DNA of 64,000 nt from Alphaproteobacteria bacterium (GTDB lineage Bacteria > Pseudomonadota > Alphaproteobacteria > UBA2966). The notes below the pieces were generated by a model. The model was not told the origin of the DNA and did no database searches. It was given only the letters and a program-made list of their open reading frames with translations. Location: positions 2,803,843 to 2,867,842 of the forward strand of contig OZ251449.1 of assembly GCA_965242505.1 (NCBI GenBank), written 5' to 3'. Positions 47,342 through 56,482 of the stretch are shown one piece after another (the stretch's first letter is position 1; each line of letters opens with the position of its first letter). Position numbers and translations under genes: made by a program.

Positions 47342-48604
47342 ATGTCGCGGGGAACCCACGATCCCGTGATGGCTTCGCGAGCCGGTCGTGGCGCCCGGGT
47401 GTTGATTTACAGCCACGACACCTTCGGGCTGGGCCATCTACGCCGCTGTCGGACGATCGCCCACTCGCTGGTCGAGACCCGCGAGGATCTGTCCGTACTG
47501 ATATTGTCCGGTTCGCCCATCCTCGGCAGTTTCGATTTCCGGCGCCGCGTGGATTTCGTTCGCGTGCCGGGCGTCATCAAGCTGCGCAACGGAGAATACA
47601 CGTCGCTCAATCTCCAGTTGCAACTGGAGGAGACCCTCTCGATGCGGTCCTCCATCATCAAGCACACCGCCGACATTTTCGATCCCGACGTGCTCATCGT
47701 GGACAAGGAGCCGTTGGGGCTGCGCGGAGAGATGCAGGGCGCCCTGGAAATGCTGCGCGCCCGAGGGAAGCGCCTCGTGCTCGGATTGCGGGACGTGCTT
47801 GACGACCCGGACACCCTGTCCGTCGAGTGGGAACGCAAGAACGCCCTTCCCGCGCTCGAGGAGTTCTACGACGAGATCTGGGTCTACGGCTTGCCGCAGA
47901 TGTGCGAGCCCCTGGAGGGTCTGCCGCTGACCGAGGACATGCGGCGCAAGGTCACCTATACGGGCTACCTGCCGATCGTCGTTCCCGAGACCGCGTTCCC
48001 CGCCGAGGTCCCGGAGATCACCAACCGTCCGTTCCTGCTGGTCACGACGGGCGGCGGCGGAGACGGAGACGTCCTGATCGAGTGGGTGTTGCGCGCCTAC
48101 GAGTCGGAACGGATGCTGCCCTATCCGGCGCTGCTCGTCCTGGGACCGTTCCTTCAGCCGGAAAAGCAATTGCAGTTCATGGCGCGCGCCGCCAGGCTCG
48201 ATGCCGTCGAGGCGATCGTCTTCAACCCGTGTATCGAGCGGCTCGAAGAAAATGCGGCGGGGATCGTCGCCATGGGAGGATACAACACCTTCTGCGAGAT
48301 CCTGTCGCTCGACAAGCGGGCGGTCGTCGTTCCCCGGACGGCGCCGCGTCGGGAACAGTCGATCCGAACGTCCCGGGCGCAGGAACTCGGCCTCGTGCGC
48401 ATGCTCGAGGACGACGGTCGCATGGACCCGGAGGAGATGGCCCAAGCGTTGCGGGACCTGCCGCGCCAGCCGAAGCCTTCGGAAACGATCGTGCCCGGTT
48501 TGCTGGAAGGACTGATCAACGTGAACCGGTTGATCGGTCCCTGGCTCGATCGCCGGCCGACGCCCGAAATGGGGAATATCGTTACGGCGCTTCGCCCCAC
48601 CTGA
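47342..48604 (+). CDS. Glycosyltransferase (GT-B fold, MGT/UDP-glycosyltransferase-like), 420 aa, divergent from the ABC gene
   Basis: ..RVLIYSHDTFGLGHLRRCRTIAHSL.. (N-terminal GT-B domain), ..LLVTTGGGGDGDVL.., ..VAMGGYNTFCEILSLDKRAVVVPR.. (nucleotide-sugar binding C-domain). Confidence 0.75.
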   Translation: MSRGTHDPVMASRAGRGARVLIYSHDTFGLGHLRRCRTIAHSLVETREDLSVLILSGSPILGSFDFRRRVDFVRVPGVIKLRNGEYTSLNLQLQLEETLSMRSSIIKHTADIFDPDVLIVDKEPLGLRGEMQGALEMLRARGKRLVLGLRDVLDDPDTLSVEWERKNALPALEEFYDEIWVYGLPQMCEPLEGLPLTEDMRRKVTYTGYLPIVVPETAFPAEVPEITNRPFLLVTTGGGGDGDVLIEWVLRAYESERMLPYPALLVLGPFLQPEKQLQFMARAARLDAVEAIVFNPCIERLEENAAGIVAMGGYNTFCEILSLDKRAVVVPRTAPRREQSIRTSRAQELGLVRMLEDDGRMDPEEMAQALRDLPRQPKPSETIVPGLLEGLINVNRLIGPWLDRRPTPEMGNIVTALRPT

Positions 48605-48664
48605 GCCAGACCCGTTCCCGCTTGTCCGCAGGACTCGTCCAGAGACGGGGGCGCCGCAGGGTCC

Positions 48665-48730
48665 GTTCGCGCTCCTCTCCCCTGGCCCGGCCCCCACCCC
48701 GACCCTCCCCCTGCCAGGGGGAGGGAGAAC
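48665..48730. repeat. REP-like element (type B variant)
   Basis: cccccaccccgaccctccccctgccagggggagggagaacgtaggggg. Confidence 0.65.
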
Positions 48731-49019
48731 GTAGGGGGACGGCTAACCCTGCCGCGCCTTGAATCGCCGGTTCGTCTTGTTGATCACGTACACGCGGCCG
48801 CGGCGGCGCACCACCCGGCAGTTGCGGTGCCGCTTCTTCGCGGTCTTCAGCGACTTGAGAACCTTCATGCGCTCACGGGGTCCCGGCGGCGTCCAAGTGG
48901 GCGCGATACATAGGCCGGGACGGCGGGGCCTGTCAAGTTCACGTCCTCGTTCGATACGTCATGAGGCGCCGCGCGCCCCGAGGGGAACGCGGCGGACCAT
49001 TCCGCCCGGACGGGCGGCT

Positions 49020-51602
49020 TCAGTTCGACGGCGCCGTCACGCGGCACTCCTCCGCCTGGCAGGCGCCGAAGCTGCCGAACGCGGCCACACGCCGGTTCTG
49101 GTGGGTGGAGTCCGTCTCGATGCGCCACCAGCCGGCGGTTTCGAGCTTGTCCGCGGGACCGTAGAGGGCGCCGCCGTACTCGCCCTTGTTCCACGACGTA
49201 TCCCACGGGTCCGCATGGCCCGTGTAGCTGCCGTCGGCTGCGATGTCGCCCTCCGCCAACAGGATCGCGAACCCTTCATGGGAATGGCCATCCCCTCCGT
49301 TTCTGAGGAACTGGTTCTTCTGCCAGATGCCGTTTTCGAGCGCTTGCAGGTTGGCGACGTTACCCATGATCTTGTTGGCGCCGGTGGGAATGCCTTCGCC
49401 CGTGCAGGCGCCGGCGCCGATGCAGGCGTTGAGGGTCACGTCGCCCCGCAGGCGGGCGAAGTGGAGGACGTGCGGCGCGCTTTCGCTGCCCACCGAATTG
49501 CTCCTGGGATGCAGGATCATCCCCATGGTCCTGCCCCGGAACGTGGCCTCGATCGAGGTCGCGCGGTCGGTCGTCTTCGCGTCGTCCGCGTCGCGGAAGG
49601 CGTCGTAGCCGAAGTGGAAGCCCTGCAAGAGGCCCGGCCGGGGATACTCGTCGATGTAGTCGGTGTACATGAACAGGCCGTAGGCCGCATAGGACAGGTA
49701 ACGGTCGGCGTCGTCGCCCGCATCGTCCGCATCCGCGCCCGCGTCGAGGCCGCCATGGTTCGACAGCCAGACCCGGAGGTCGCCCAGCGCGCCATGGGCG
49801 GCGAGGCGGCGGCCGTCGCTGTCTTCGGGGTCGGGCTGGGGCTGGTTTCCGCTCAACCCGTAGCGCGAGGCCCAGTAGTAGTTGGGTTCGCCGTCGGGGT
49901 CGGCGTAGGGCGCGCCCCAGGAGATCTCCGCGTCGCTGCGGTTGAAGTCGTAGCAATACGCCGGATAGGCCCCGCTGCAATCGTCCGACATCACGTTGTT
50001 CCCGGAGTCCTGCGTCCCCCAGGCGCCCGGCGAGTTGATCCCGTCCCGGCCCCGGCTCGACGACCTGTCGAGGTCGTGCTTGAAGAGGCTCATGACGGCG
50101 CCTTCCCCGCCGGTCCTGAAGACCATGCCGTCGGGCGTGAAGCGGACCGAGCTGGTCACCGGATTCAGGTAATGGCGTTGGTAGCTACCCGACGGGGTGA
50201 TGGCGTTGCCGTCGGTGTCGGTCGTCGCGCCCTGGACGACCGGGATCTTCGGCGTGGCGCCGCCTTCGTCGTCGGTGGCGCCTTCGGGGCTGGGCCTGAT
50301 GTCGCCGCGCATGGAGACCGCCCGCAGCGGGAAGTGATCGCTCTCGCCCGTCGCGGCGGGCGAGAGCACCGTCTTGCCGGCGGCCCAGGCGACCGCCTCC
50401 GTCTGGATGTCCAGTCCGTTCGGGTTCGGGCAGGGCATGTTCACGGTGCAGTCGGCGAACGCCGCCTCCCTGGGCGTGAGCGTGACCCGCGCGGTGAAGG
50501 GCGCGCCCCCCGTCTGTCCGGGGGGGACCTGGTTCAGGATCGAGGGAGGGGCCGCCAACCCGGGGTCGGCGGCGATGCGGGTGGCGGCCCAGGCGCGCGT
50601 CGCGGTCTCGGCCGCCATCGCCGCCGCCGCCCCTGCGTCGGCCTCCGTCCGCTGGTCGTCCGTGGCCGCCGCGGCCAGAGCCGAGGCGGCAGCCGTTGCG
50701 AGCGCCGCCGCGGCCGTCCTCTCCGCCTCGCGCGCATTCACGAAGGCCGTCTGCGCGGCCGCCAGCGCCGTCTGCGCCGCCTGTCTCCGCGTCTGGGCGG
50801 CCTCGCGGTCCGCCGTTTTCCGTTCGTCCGTGGTGTCGCCGTCCCAGGCCGCGGCGGTCGCCTGGAAGTCCGCCTCCGCCTTCTCCAGGGCCGCCTGGGC
50901 CGCCGCCAGCGCCGTCCCGGCCTGCCCGGTCGCGGCCTGCGCCGCCGTCAAACCGGTCTGCGCCGAACGCAACGCCTCCTCCTCCGCTGTCGGAGTCGGC
51001 GGCTCCGGCGCCGCCGGCGGTCGCGCTCGCGCTTCGGCCAGTTCCTCGCGCAGCAGCGGCACCAGGGAGACTTGAGCGGTGGTCAGCAAGCCCTGGGCCT
51101 GCAACAGCACGGTTTCGACCGCGTCGGTGGGGTTGGCCTCCAGCGCCGCGGTTATCTGGGTCTGGGCGGCGTCCAGCGCCGCCTGCGCCTGGTCCAGCGA
51201 CGTGTGCGCGCTGTCGAAGGAAACGGTCCCCCCCGACCCGAACGCCGTATTGGTCGTATCCAGGGCCGCGATGACCGCCCCCAAGGCGTTGTCGACCACC
51301 ATCAGCACCGTGCGGACATTCTCCGGCAGCTGCGGCAGATTATCCCGGAGATTATCCCGGCCCTCGTTCAGCTTCTCGCGGGCTTCCGGGCGCCGTTCGG
51401 GGTTGGTGGCCGCCGCCAGCGAGTCGCGAAGGTCCGCCAGCGCGGTTTCGGCGGCTGCCGTCTTCTGCCTCTCGGCCTCGAGGGTGTCCTCGCCGATGCG
51501 CACCGTCCTGGTTTCGGTGCAGGCGCCCAGCGCCAGAGCCATGCCGCAAATCAACACCGCCGTAAGTCTGGAGATCGTCATCGAACGGGAACCCCCCCTC
51601 AT
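49020..51602 (-). CDS. Large surface-type lipoprotein (about 853-860 aa): signal/lipobox, Ala-rich coiled-coil N-terminal half, C-terminal TbpB/fHbp-like beta-barrel domain
   Basis: (MRGGSRS)MTISRLTAVLICGMALALGAC has the lipobox LGAC. Residues about 30-330 are Ala/Gln/Thr-rich helical repeats. The C-terminal about 250 aa (..GFAILLAEGDIAADGSYTGHADPW..YGGALYGPADKLETAGWWRIE..AAFGSFGA) resemble the 8-strand barrel or handle of TbpB/HpuA/fHbp-type surface lipoproteins (family recalled from memory). A 958-aa antisense shadow ORF lies opposite. Confidence 0.7.
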   Translation of the reverse strand: MRGGSRSMTISRLTAVLICGMALALGACTETRTVRIGEDTLEAERQKTAAAETALADLRDSLAAATNPERRPEAREKLNEGRDNLRDNLPQLPENVRTVLMVVDNALGAVIAALDTTNTAFGSGGTVSFDSAHTSLDQAQAALDAAQTQITAALEANPTDAVETVLLQAQGLLTTAQVSLVPLLREELAEARARPPAAPEPPTPTAEEEALRSAQTGLTAAQAATGQAGTALAAAQAALEKAEADFQATAAAWDGDTTDERKTADREAAQTRRQAAQTALAAAQTAFVNAREAERTAAAALATAAASALAAAATDDQRTEADAGAAAAMAAETATRAWAATRIAADPGLAAPPSILNQVPPGQTGGAPFTARVTLTPREAAFADCTVNMPCPNPNGLDIQTEAVAWAAGKTVLSPAATGESDHFPLRAVSMRGDIRPSPEGATDDEGGATPKIPVVQGATTDTDGNAITPSGSYQRHYLNPVTSSVRFTPDGMVFRTGGEGAVMSLFKHDLDRSSSRGRDGINSPGAWGTQDSGNNVMSDDCSGAYPAYCYDFNRSDAEISWGAPYADPDGEPNYYWASRYGLSGNQPQPDPEDSDGRRLAAHGALGDLRVWLSNHGGLDAGADADDAGDDADRYLSYAAYGLFMYTDYIDEYPRPGLLQGFHFGYDAFRDADDAKTTDRATSIEATFRGRTMGMILHPRSNSVGSESAPHVLHFARLRGDVTLNACIGAGACTGEGIPTGANKIMGNVANLQALENGIWQKNQFLRNGGDGHSHEGFAILLAEGDIAADGSYTGHADPWDTSWNKGEYGGALYGPADKLETAGWWRIETDSTHQNRRVAAFGSFGACQAEECRVTAPSN

Positions 51603-51605
51603 TAC

Positions 51606-51886
51606 GTGAAGAGGCCCCGTGAAGAGGCCCCGTGAAGAGGCCCCGTGAAGAGGCCCCGTGAAGAGGCCCCGTGAAGAGGCCCCGTGAAGAGGCCCCGTGA
51701 AGAGGCCCCGTGAAGAGGCCCCGTGAAGAGGCCCCGTGAAGAGGCCCCGTGAAGAGGCCCCGTGAAGAGGCCCCGTGAAGAGGCCCCGTGAAGAGGCCCC
51801 GTGAAGAGGCCCCGTGAAGAGGCCCCGTGAAGAGGCCCCGTGAGGCCCCGTGAAGAGAGGCCCCGTGAAGAGGCCCCGTGAAGAGT
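51606..51886. repeat. 13-bp perfect tandem repeat gtgaagaggcccc, about 18 perfect copies plus about 3 degenerate copies, immediately 5' of the lipoprotein gene start
   Basis: Read directly in sequence. Perfect copies run from 51606 to about 51842, then the variants gtgaggcccc / gtgaagagaggcccc / gtgaagaggcccc / gtgaagag. The unit length is not a multiple of 3. Confidence 0.95.
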
Positions 51887-52029
51887 ATGACCCTATCCTA
51901 TCACGAACGACGCCGCAAGGTCAAGATTCGTCCCGGTTCAATACATAAACATACGAACATATGAGACGCCGCGCAGGCCGCATTGTCTCATGCCGGGGGT
52001 GGGCCGAGGATCGCGCGGCGTTGCGGGGC

Positions 52030-52100
52030 GACGGAGACCCCCCTCCCGACCTCCCCCCTGTCAGGGGGGAGGAGTGTGGATGGTCAGGGGGGAGGAACGC
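52030..52100. repeat. REP-like element (type A)
   Basis: cccccctcccgacctcccccctgtcaggggggaggagtgtggatggtcaggggggagg. Confidence 0.7.
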
Positions 52101-52169
52101 CGCTGGACCCCCGCGGGCCGGTCCGGCATTATCGACCGCGAACGGACTGCGCAGGGAGGACTGGCGGCC

Positions 52170-52943
52170 ATGGCGAGGCTGGACGGAAAGGTCGCGCTGA
52201 TCACCGGCGCGGGGGCGGGCATCGCGCGCGAGGCGTGCCGCCTCTTCGCGAACGAGGGCGCCGGGGTCGGCGTCGTCGAGATCGACCCGGAGACGGGCGG
52301 ACGGACCGCCGACGCGATCAGGGCGGACGGCGGCAGGGCGGTGGCCATCCAGGCCGACGTCACCCTGCCCGACGACGTCGAGCGCGCCGTCGCGCGGACC
52401 GTCGAGGCCTTCGGCAGGCTCGACGTCCTCTACAACTGCGCCGGCGGCTCCGCGCCCCCCGACGACTCCGTGACCGAGATGCCGATCGAGGCCTGGGACC
52501 GCAGCATCAGGCTGGACCTCTACGGCACGTTCCTCGGCTGCCGCTTCGGCATCCCGGAACTGAGGAAGGTCGGCGGCGGCTCGATCATCAACATGAGCTC
52601 GGTGATGAACTTCCTCGGCGAGATGCGCGGCTTCCCGCCGCGGCATTCCTATTCCGCCGCCAAGGGCGGCGTTTCGGCGCTCACCCGCTGCGTCGCGGCC
52701 GAGTACGCCAGGGACAACATCCGCTGCAACGCCATCGCGCCCTGTTTCGTGGAGACCGACCGCAACGTCGCGGTGAAGGCGGGCTGGACCAACGAGACGA
52801 CCGCCACCGTTCTCCGCCAGCACCCCCTGGGCGCCGGCCGGCCGATCGACATCGCCAACGCGGCGCTGTACCTGGCCTCCGACGAGTCGCGTCTGGTCAA
52901 CGGCGTCATCCTTTCCGTCGACGGCGGCATGGTGGTGACCTGA
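52170..52943 (+). CDS. SDR-family oxidoreductase (257 aa)
   Basis: GGGAGG RBS. MARLDGKVALITGAGAGIAREA.. is the TGxxxGxG motif. ..NCAG.. and ..YSAAKGGV.. form the YxxxK catalytic pair. ..PCFVETD.. Confidence 0.85.
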   Translation: MARLDGKVALITGAGAGIAREACRLFANEGAGVGVVEIDPETGGRTADAIRADGGRAVAIQADVTLPDDVERAVARTVEAFGRLDVLYNCAGGSAPPDDSVTEMPIEAWDRSIRLDLYGTFLGCRFGIPELRKVGGGSIINMSSVMNFLGEMRGFPPRHSYSAAKGGVSALTRCVAAEYARDNIRCNAIAPCFVETDRNVAVKAGWTNETTATVLRQHPLGAGRPIDIANAALYLASDESRLVNGVILSVDGGMVVT

Positions 52944-53006
52944 AACGTTCCCGTCGGGACCGACGGTCCAAAGGGTGAGGTCGTGAAACGCCTCGCCGCC
53001 GCCGCA

Positions 53007-53639
53007 TCACCGTGAAACAGCCTCCCGCACGGGCCGGAACGAACGCCGGTGGTGAGGGGTCGGCCCGAGGGCGTCGAGCGCCCGGGCGTGTTCCGGCGCG
53101 CCGTAGCCGGCGTTGCGTTCCCAGCCGTAGCCGGGATACAGCCGCGCCAGCCGCCGCATGATCCGGTCGCGGGTCTCCTTGGCGACGATCGACGCCGCCG
53201 CGATGGAGAGCGAGCGTGAATCGCCGCCGACGACCGCCCGGGCGGGGCAGGCGAGAACCGGCAGGCGGTTGCCGTCCACCAGGGCGTAGGAGGGCGGCGT
53301 CGCGAGCGCCTCGACGGCCCGCCGCATGGCCAGCATCGTGGCCTGGAGGACGTTCAGGGAGTCGATCTCGCCGACGCTGGCCTCGCCGACGCCGACGGTC
53401 GCCGACGCCCGGATTCGCTCGCACAACTCGGCCCGGCGTTCGCGCGACAGGCGTTTGGAATCGTCGATCCCGTCCGGCGCGCGGTCCGCGGGAAGGATCA
53501 CGGCGGCGGCGACGACCGGTCCGGCCCAGGGGCCCCGTCCGGCCTCGTCGATGCCGGCGACGGGCGGCGGCAGGGAAGCCTCCAGGGAGAGATCGGGCGC
53601 GGCGCGCGGCGGGGGCGCATCCACCGTCGCCGTGACCAT
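53007..53639 (-). CDS. rnhB: Ribonuclease HII (about 210 aa)
   Basis: ..[35 protein letters not shown]...[18 protein letters not shown]... are RNase HII catalytic DEDD-context motifs. The start was taken at MVTATV; the ORF is continuous in frame with the upstream domain. Confidence 0.8.
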   Translation of the reverse strand: MVTATVDAPPPRAAPDLSLEASLPPPVAGIDEAGRGPWAGPVVAAAVILPADRAPDGIDDSKRLSRERRAELCERIRASATVGVGEASVGEIDSLNVLQATMLAMRRAVEALATPPSYALVDGNRLPVLACPARAVVGGDSRSLSIAAASIVAKETRDRIMRRLARLYPGYGWERNAGYGAPEHARALDALGPTPHHRRSFRPVREAVSR

Positions 53640-54194
53640 CGCCGCCGCGTCCGGGGCGCGCGCCGCGATGGCCACCGTCGCCGTCACCGCTCCGGGCGCG
53701 GCGTCCGTCACCGTCATCGTCTCCATCGCCGGGGCCGGGGCCGCGAGAGGCCCCCGCTCCGCCTCGCCGCGGAACCTCCGGGCCGCAGCCGGGAACATGT
53801 CCGCCGCAGCGGCCTCCGGAGCCGGGGTCGGCGCCGGAGGCCGGTAGTTGTCGCGGTAGCGTTCCGGGCGGTGGGCCTTGAGCAGGAACATGGCCAGGGC
53901 GTCCGAATAGTGGCGCGTCGTCCCCACCTGCTCCCCCTTATGCCAGACCGGCTTCTCCACCCCCTCGAAGGCGCGGCGGTGGAGCATGGCCTCCAGCAGG
54001 TCGATGCCGTCGTCGAGGGCGTCGTTCCACCTGCGGGCGAAGTCGGGGTCGGCGTCGCGCCAGTCGTAGACGGTGCGTCTGGGGACGCCGGCGTCGCGGC
54101 AGGCGGCGGCGACGTTGACGGTGTCGGCGAGGGCGTGGAGGAAGGCGCGTTTGCGGCGCGGGCGTTTGTCGGCGGCGGCGGTGTCGTCGTGCAT
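53640..54194 (-). CDS. Terminase-small-subunit-like HTH domain protein, in frame with rnhB (no intervening stop) through a Pro/Ala-rich linker
   Basis: The RBS GGGAGAcgacccc-ATG is the motif shared by other genes here. [91 protein letters not shown].. resembles phage small-terminase / homeodomain-like HTH proteins. It is not clear whether this is a real fusion or an independent gene. Confidence 0.4.
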
Positions 54195-54299
54195 GGGGTC
54201 GTCTCCCGTTCCGGTGTGGAAACAATATGGGAACATACGCGATGCGAGTCAAGAGGAAAATTCCGATATGGAGAAAAAATCTCTACGGCCGTGATTCGT

Positions 54300-54770
54300 C
54301 TCCGTTGGGGGGCGGGTTCGGCGCGCCGATCCGCACACTTCGCACACCTTCCGGGACCTCGTTCTCCCTCTCCTGTTCTCCCTCTCCCTTCCAATCCGCA
54401 CACCTCGCACACCGGCAGGGACCCCCCTCCCGACCTCCCCCCTGCCAGGGGGGAGGAGTTTGAAAGGGGATCCGCACACTCCGCACACCCTCCCGTCCTT
54501 TTTATTTCTCCCTCTCCCTTGCAGGGGGAGGGTCGGGGTGGGGGTCACCGGCGTTGCGGCGGGGCGCGTCCATCCGGACCCCCCTCCCGACCTCCCCCCT
54601 GTCAGGGGGGAGGAGTATGGATGGGCAGGGGGAGAAGTGTGGATGGGCAGGGGGGAGGAGTTTGAAAGGGGATCCGCACACTCCGCACACCCTCCCGTCC
54701 CTTTTATTTCTCCCTCCCCCTGGCAGGGGGAGGGTCGGGGTGGGGGTCGCGCCGATCCGCACACTCCGCA
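54300..54770. repeat. Cluster of 7 or more REP-like elements (types A and B), including a duplicated block of about 170 bp
   Basis: tctccctctcccttcc..., cccctcccgacctcccccctgccaggggggaggagtttgaaaggggatccgcacactccgcacaccctcccgtcc...ccctctcccttgcagggggagggtcggggtgggggtc; the block at 54400-54560 recurs at 54590-54760. Confidence 0.75.
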
Positions 54771-54854
54771 CACCGTCGGGGCGCCTCGCGGATTGCGGCG
54801 CGTCCCGGGTCCGTGGTATACGTCGCGGACGACGCCATCAAGGAGGAAGAGGAC

Positions 54855-55259
54855 ATGCCGTTCGTCAGAGTCGACGTTCCCGAGGGCCTGAGCCGGGAGA
54901 GCAAGGCGCGGATCCGCGAGGGTCTCCACGACGCCATCGCCAGGAGCTGGTTCAAGGAACACATCTGGATCGCCATCCGCGACATGTACGCCGAACCCGG
55001 CGACAAGACCGTGCTGCTGTCCTGCGGCGTGCGTCCCGGGCGCGGCCAGGAGGCCGAACGGACCAAGGCCCTCTTCGACTACGCCCACAAGGTCATGGAG
55101 AAGGAGATCGGCACCTCGCCCGAGGAAATGATCTGCATGACGCACGAGTTCGAGCAGCACATGTGCATCTCCGGCGGCGGCCAGCTGCCGCCGCTCGGCG
55201 AAGGAACGCCGGCGCTCGAAAGAGCCTCCGAACCCGAAAGGGTCCTCGAACCCGCGTGA
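54855..55259 (+). CDS. Tautomerase-superfamily protein (4-oxalocrotonate tautomerase-like, N-terminal Pro1), 134 aa
   Basis: GGAGGAAGAGGAC-ATG. MPFVRVDVPEGLSRESKARIREGLHDAIARSW.. gives Pro1 after Met removal and the beta-alpha-beta tautomerase fold pattern. Confidence 0.7.
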   Translation: MPFVRVDVPEGLSRESKARIREGLHDAIARSWFKEHIWIAIRDMYAEPGDKTVLLSCGVRPGRGQEAERTKALFDYAHKVMEKEIGTSPEEMICMTHEFEQHMCISGGGQLPPLGEGTPALERASEPERVLEPA

Positions 55260-55309
55260 CCGCGAGGCGCGGCGCCGCCGCCCGCGCGAAGGCGGAAGGG
55301 GCGCCCGCT

Positions 55310-56167
55310 TCAGGCGGCGGCGACGACCGCGTCCCCGGTCACCTGGGTCCGGTGCATCGTCCGGCGCGACTCCGCGGGAAAGGCGTTGCGGCGGTGCATG
55401 ACGCAGCGGTTGTCCCAGACGATCAGGTCGCCGACCCGCCATTCGTGGGTCCACACGTACTTCCGCTGGGTGGCGTGCGCCCACAGCGCGTCGAGCAGCG
55501 CCTCGCCGTCCTCCTCGTCCATGCCGACGACGTACTGCCCGGGCCGGCGCCCCAGATAGAGCACCGGCCGGCCCGCGCCGGGGTGAAGGCGCATCAGCGG
55601 GTGCCGCGCGTGCGGCGGCTCCGTCCGCGCGCCCGCCACTTCCACCGCGCGCTGAGGGGCGCCGGCGCTGTCGCAGGAGCCGTCGTGGTGCGCCCACGCG
55701 CCCGCGACCGCCGAGCGCAGGCGCGCGGGCAGGTCCGCCGTGGCCGCGTGCATGTTGCAGAATTCGGTCTCGCCGCCCTCCGACGATACCTCCAGGGCAT
55801 GGAGGATGCTGGCCTTGGGCGGCGTCGGGTGGTTGGACATGTCCGTGTGCCAGCGCAGCTCGCCGTCGCCCAGGCTGCCCAGCGGCTCGCCGTCGACGAC
55901 GACGTTGGAAACGACGACGAGTTCCGGGTGCTCCGCCGAATACTGCTTCCCCGTCGCGTTGGGAGGGCAGAGGTCGAGATCGCCGAAATGGCGGCTGAAC
56001 GCGATCAGTTCCGGATCGGAGACTGACTGGCCGCGAAAGAGCAGAACGAGATGCTCGGACCAGGCGTCCAGCATCGCCCCGACGTCCGCCGGGTCGAGCG
56101 CCCGCGAGAGGTCCGCGCCGCGAATCTCGGCCCCCAGCGCCTTGCCGGTGGGAACGACTTCGATCAT
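55310..56167 (-). CDS. TauD/TfdA-family Fe(II)/2-oxoglutarate-dependent dioxygenase (285 aa)
   Basis: ..LRWHTDMSNHPTPPKASILHALEV.. holds the HxD iron ligands, and ..VWDNRCVMHRR.. holds the distal His/Arg. This is the TauD family. Confidence 0.85.
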   Translation of the reverse strand: MIEVVPTGKALGAEIRGADLSRALDPADVGAMLDAWSEHLVLLFRGQSVSDPELIAFSRHFGDLDLCPPNATGKQYSAEHPELVVVSNVVVDGEPLGSLGDGELRWHTDMSNHPTPPKASILHALEVSSEGGETEFCNMHAATADLPARLRSAVAGAWAHHDGSCDSAGAPQRAVEVAGARTEPPHARHPLMRLHPGAGRPVLYLGRRPGQYVVGMDEEDGEALLDALWAHATQRKYVWTHEWRVGDLIVWDNRCVMHRRNAFPAESRRTMHRTQVTGDAVVAAA

Positions 56168-56284
56168 GACCCTGCCCCGTGACGGTCGCGGCGGCCGGCG
56201 CGCGACGCTCGACCCGCACCCTACCCGAACCCGGCGGTCGGGGGAAGGGATCGCGCGCCGGAGCGGCGGACGGCGCCCTCAGTC

Positions 56285-56440
56285 GTCCAGGGTCCGTTCG
56301 CGCTCCTCTCCCCCGGCGCGACCCCCACCCCGACCCTCCCCCTGCAAGGGGGAGGGAGAACGAGGGGGACGGGGGGCCGTTGACGCTCCTCCCCCCTGAC
56401 AGGGGGGAGGTCGGGACGGGGGTGGATCGCGATCCCGCAA
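56285..56440. repeat. REP-like elements (type B, type A)
   Basis: gacccccaccccgaccctccccctgcaagggggagggagaacgagggggacgg...cctcccccctgacaggggggaggtcgggacggggg. Confidence 0.7.
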
Positions 56441-56482
56441 CACCGCGCAATCCTCGATCCCTGCCGGCATGAGAAATGCGGG

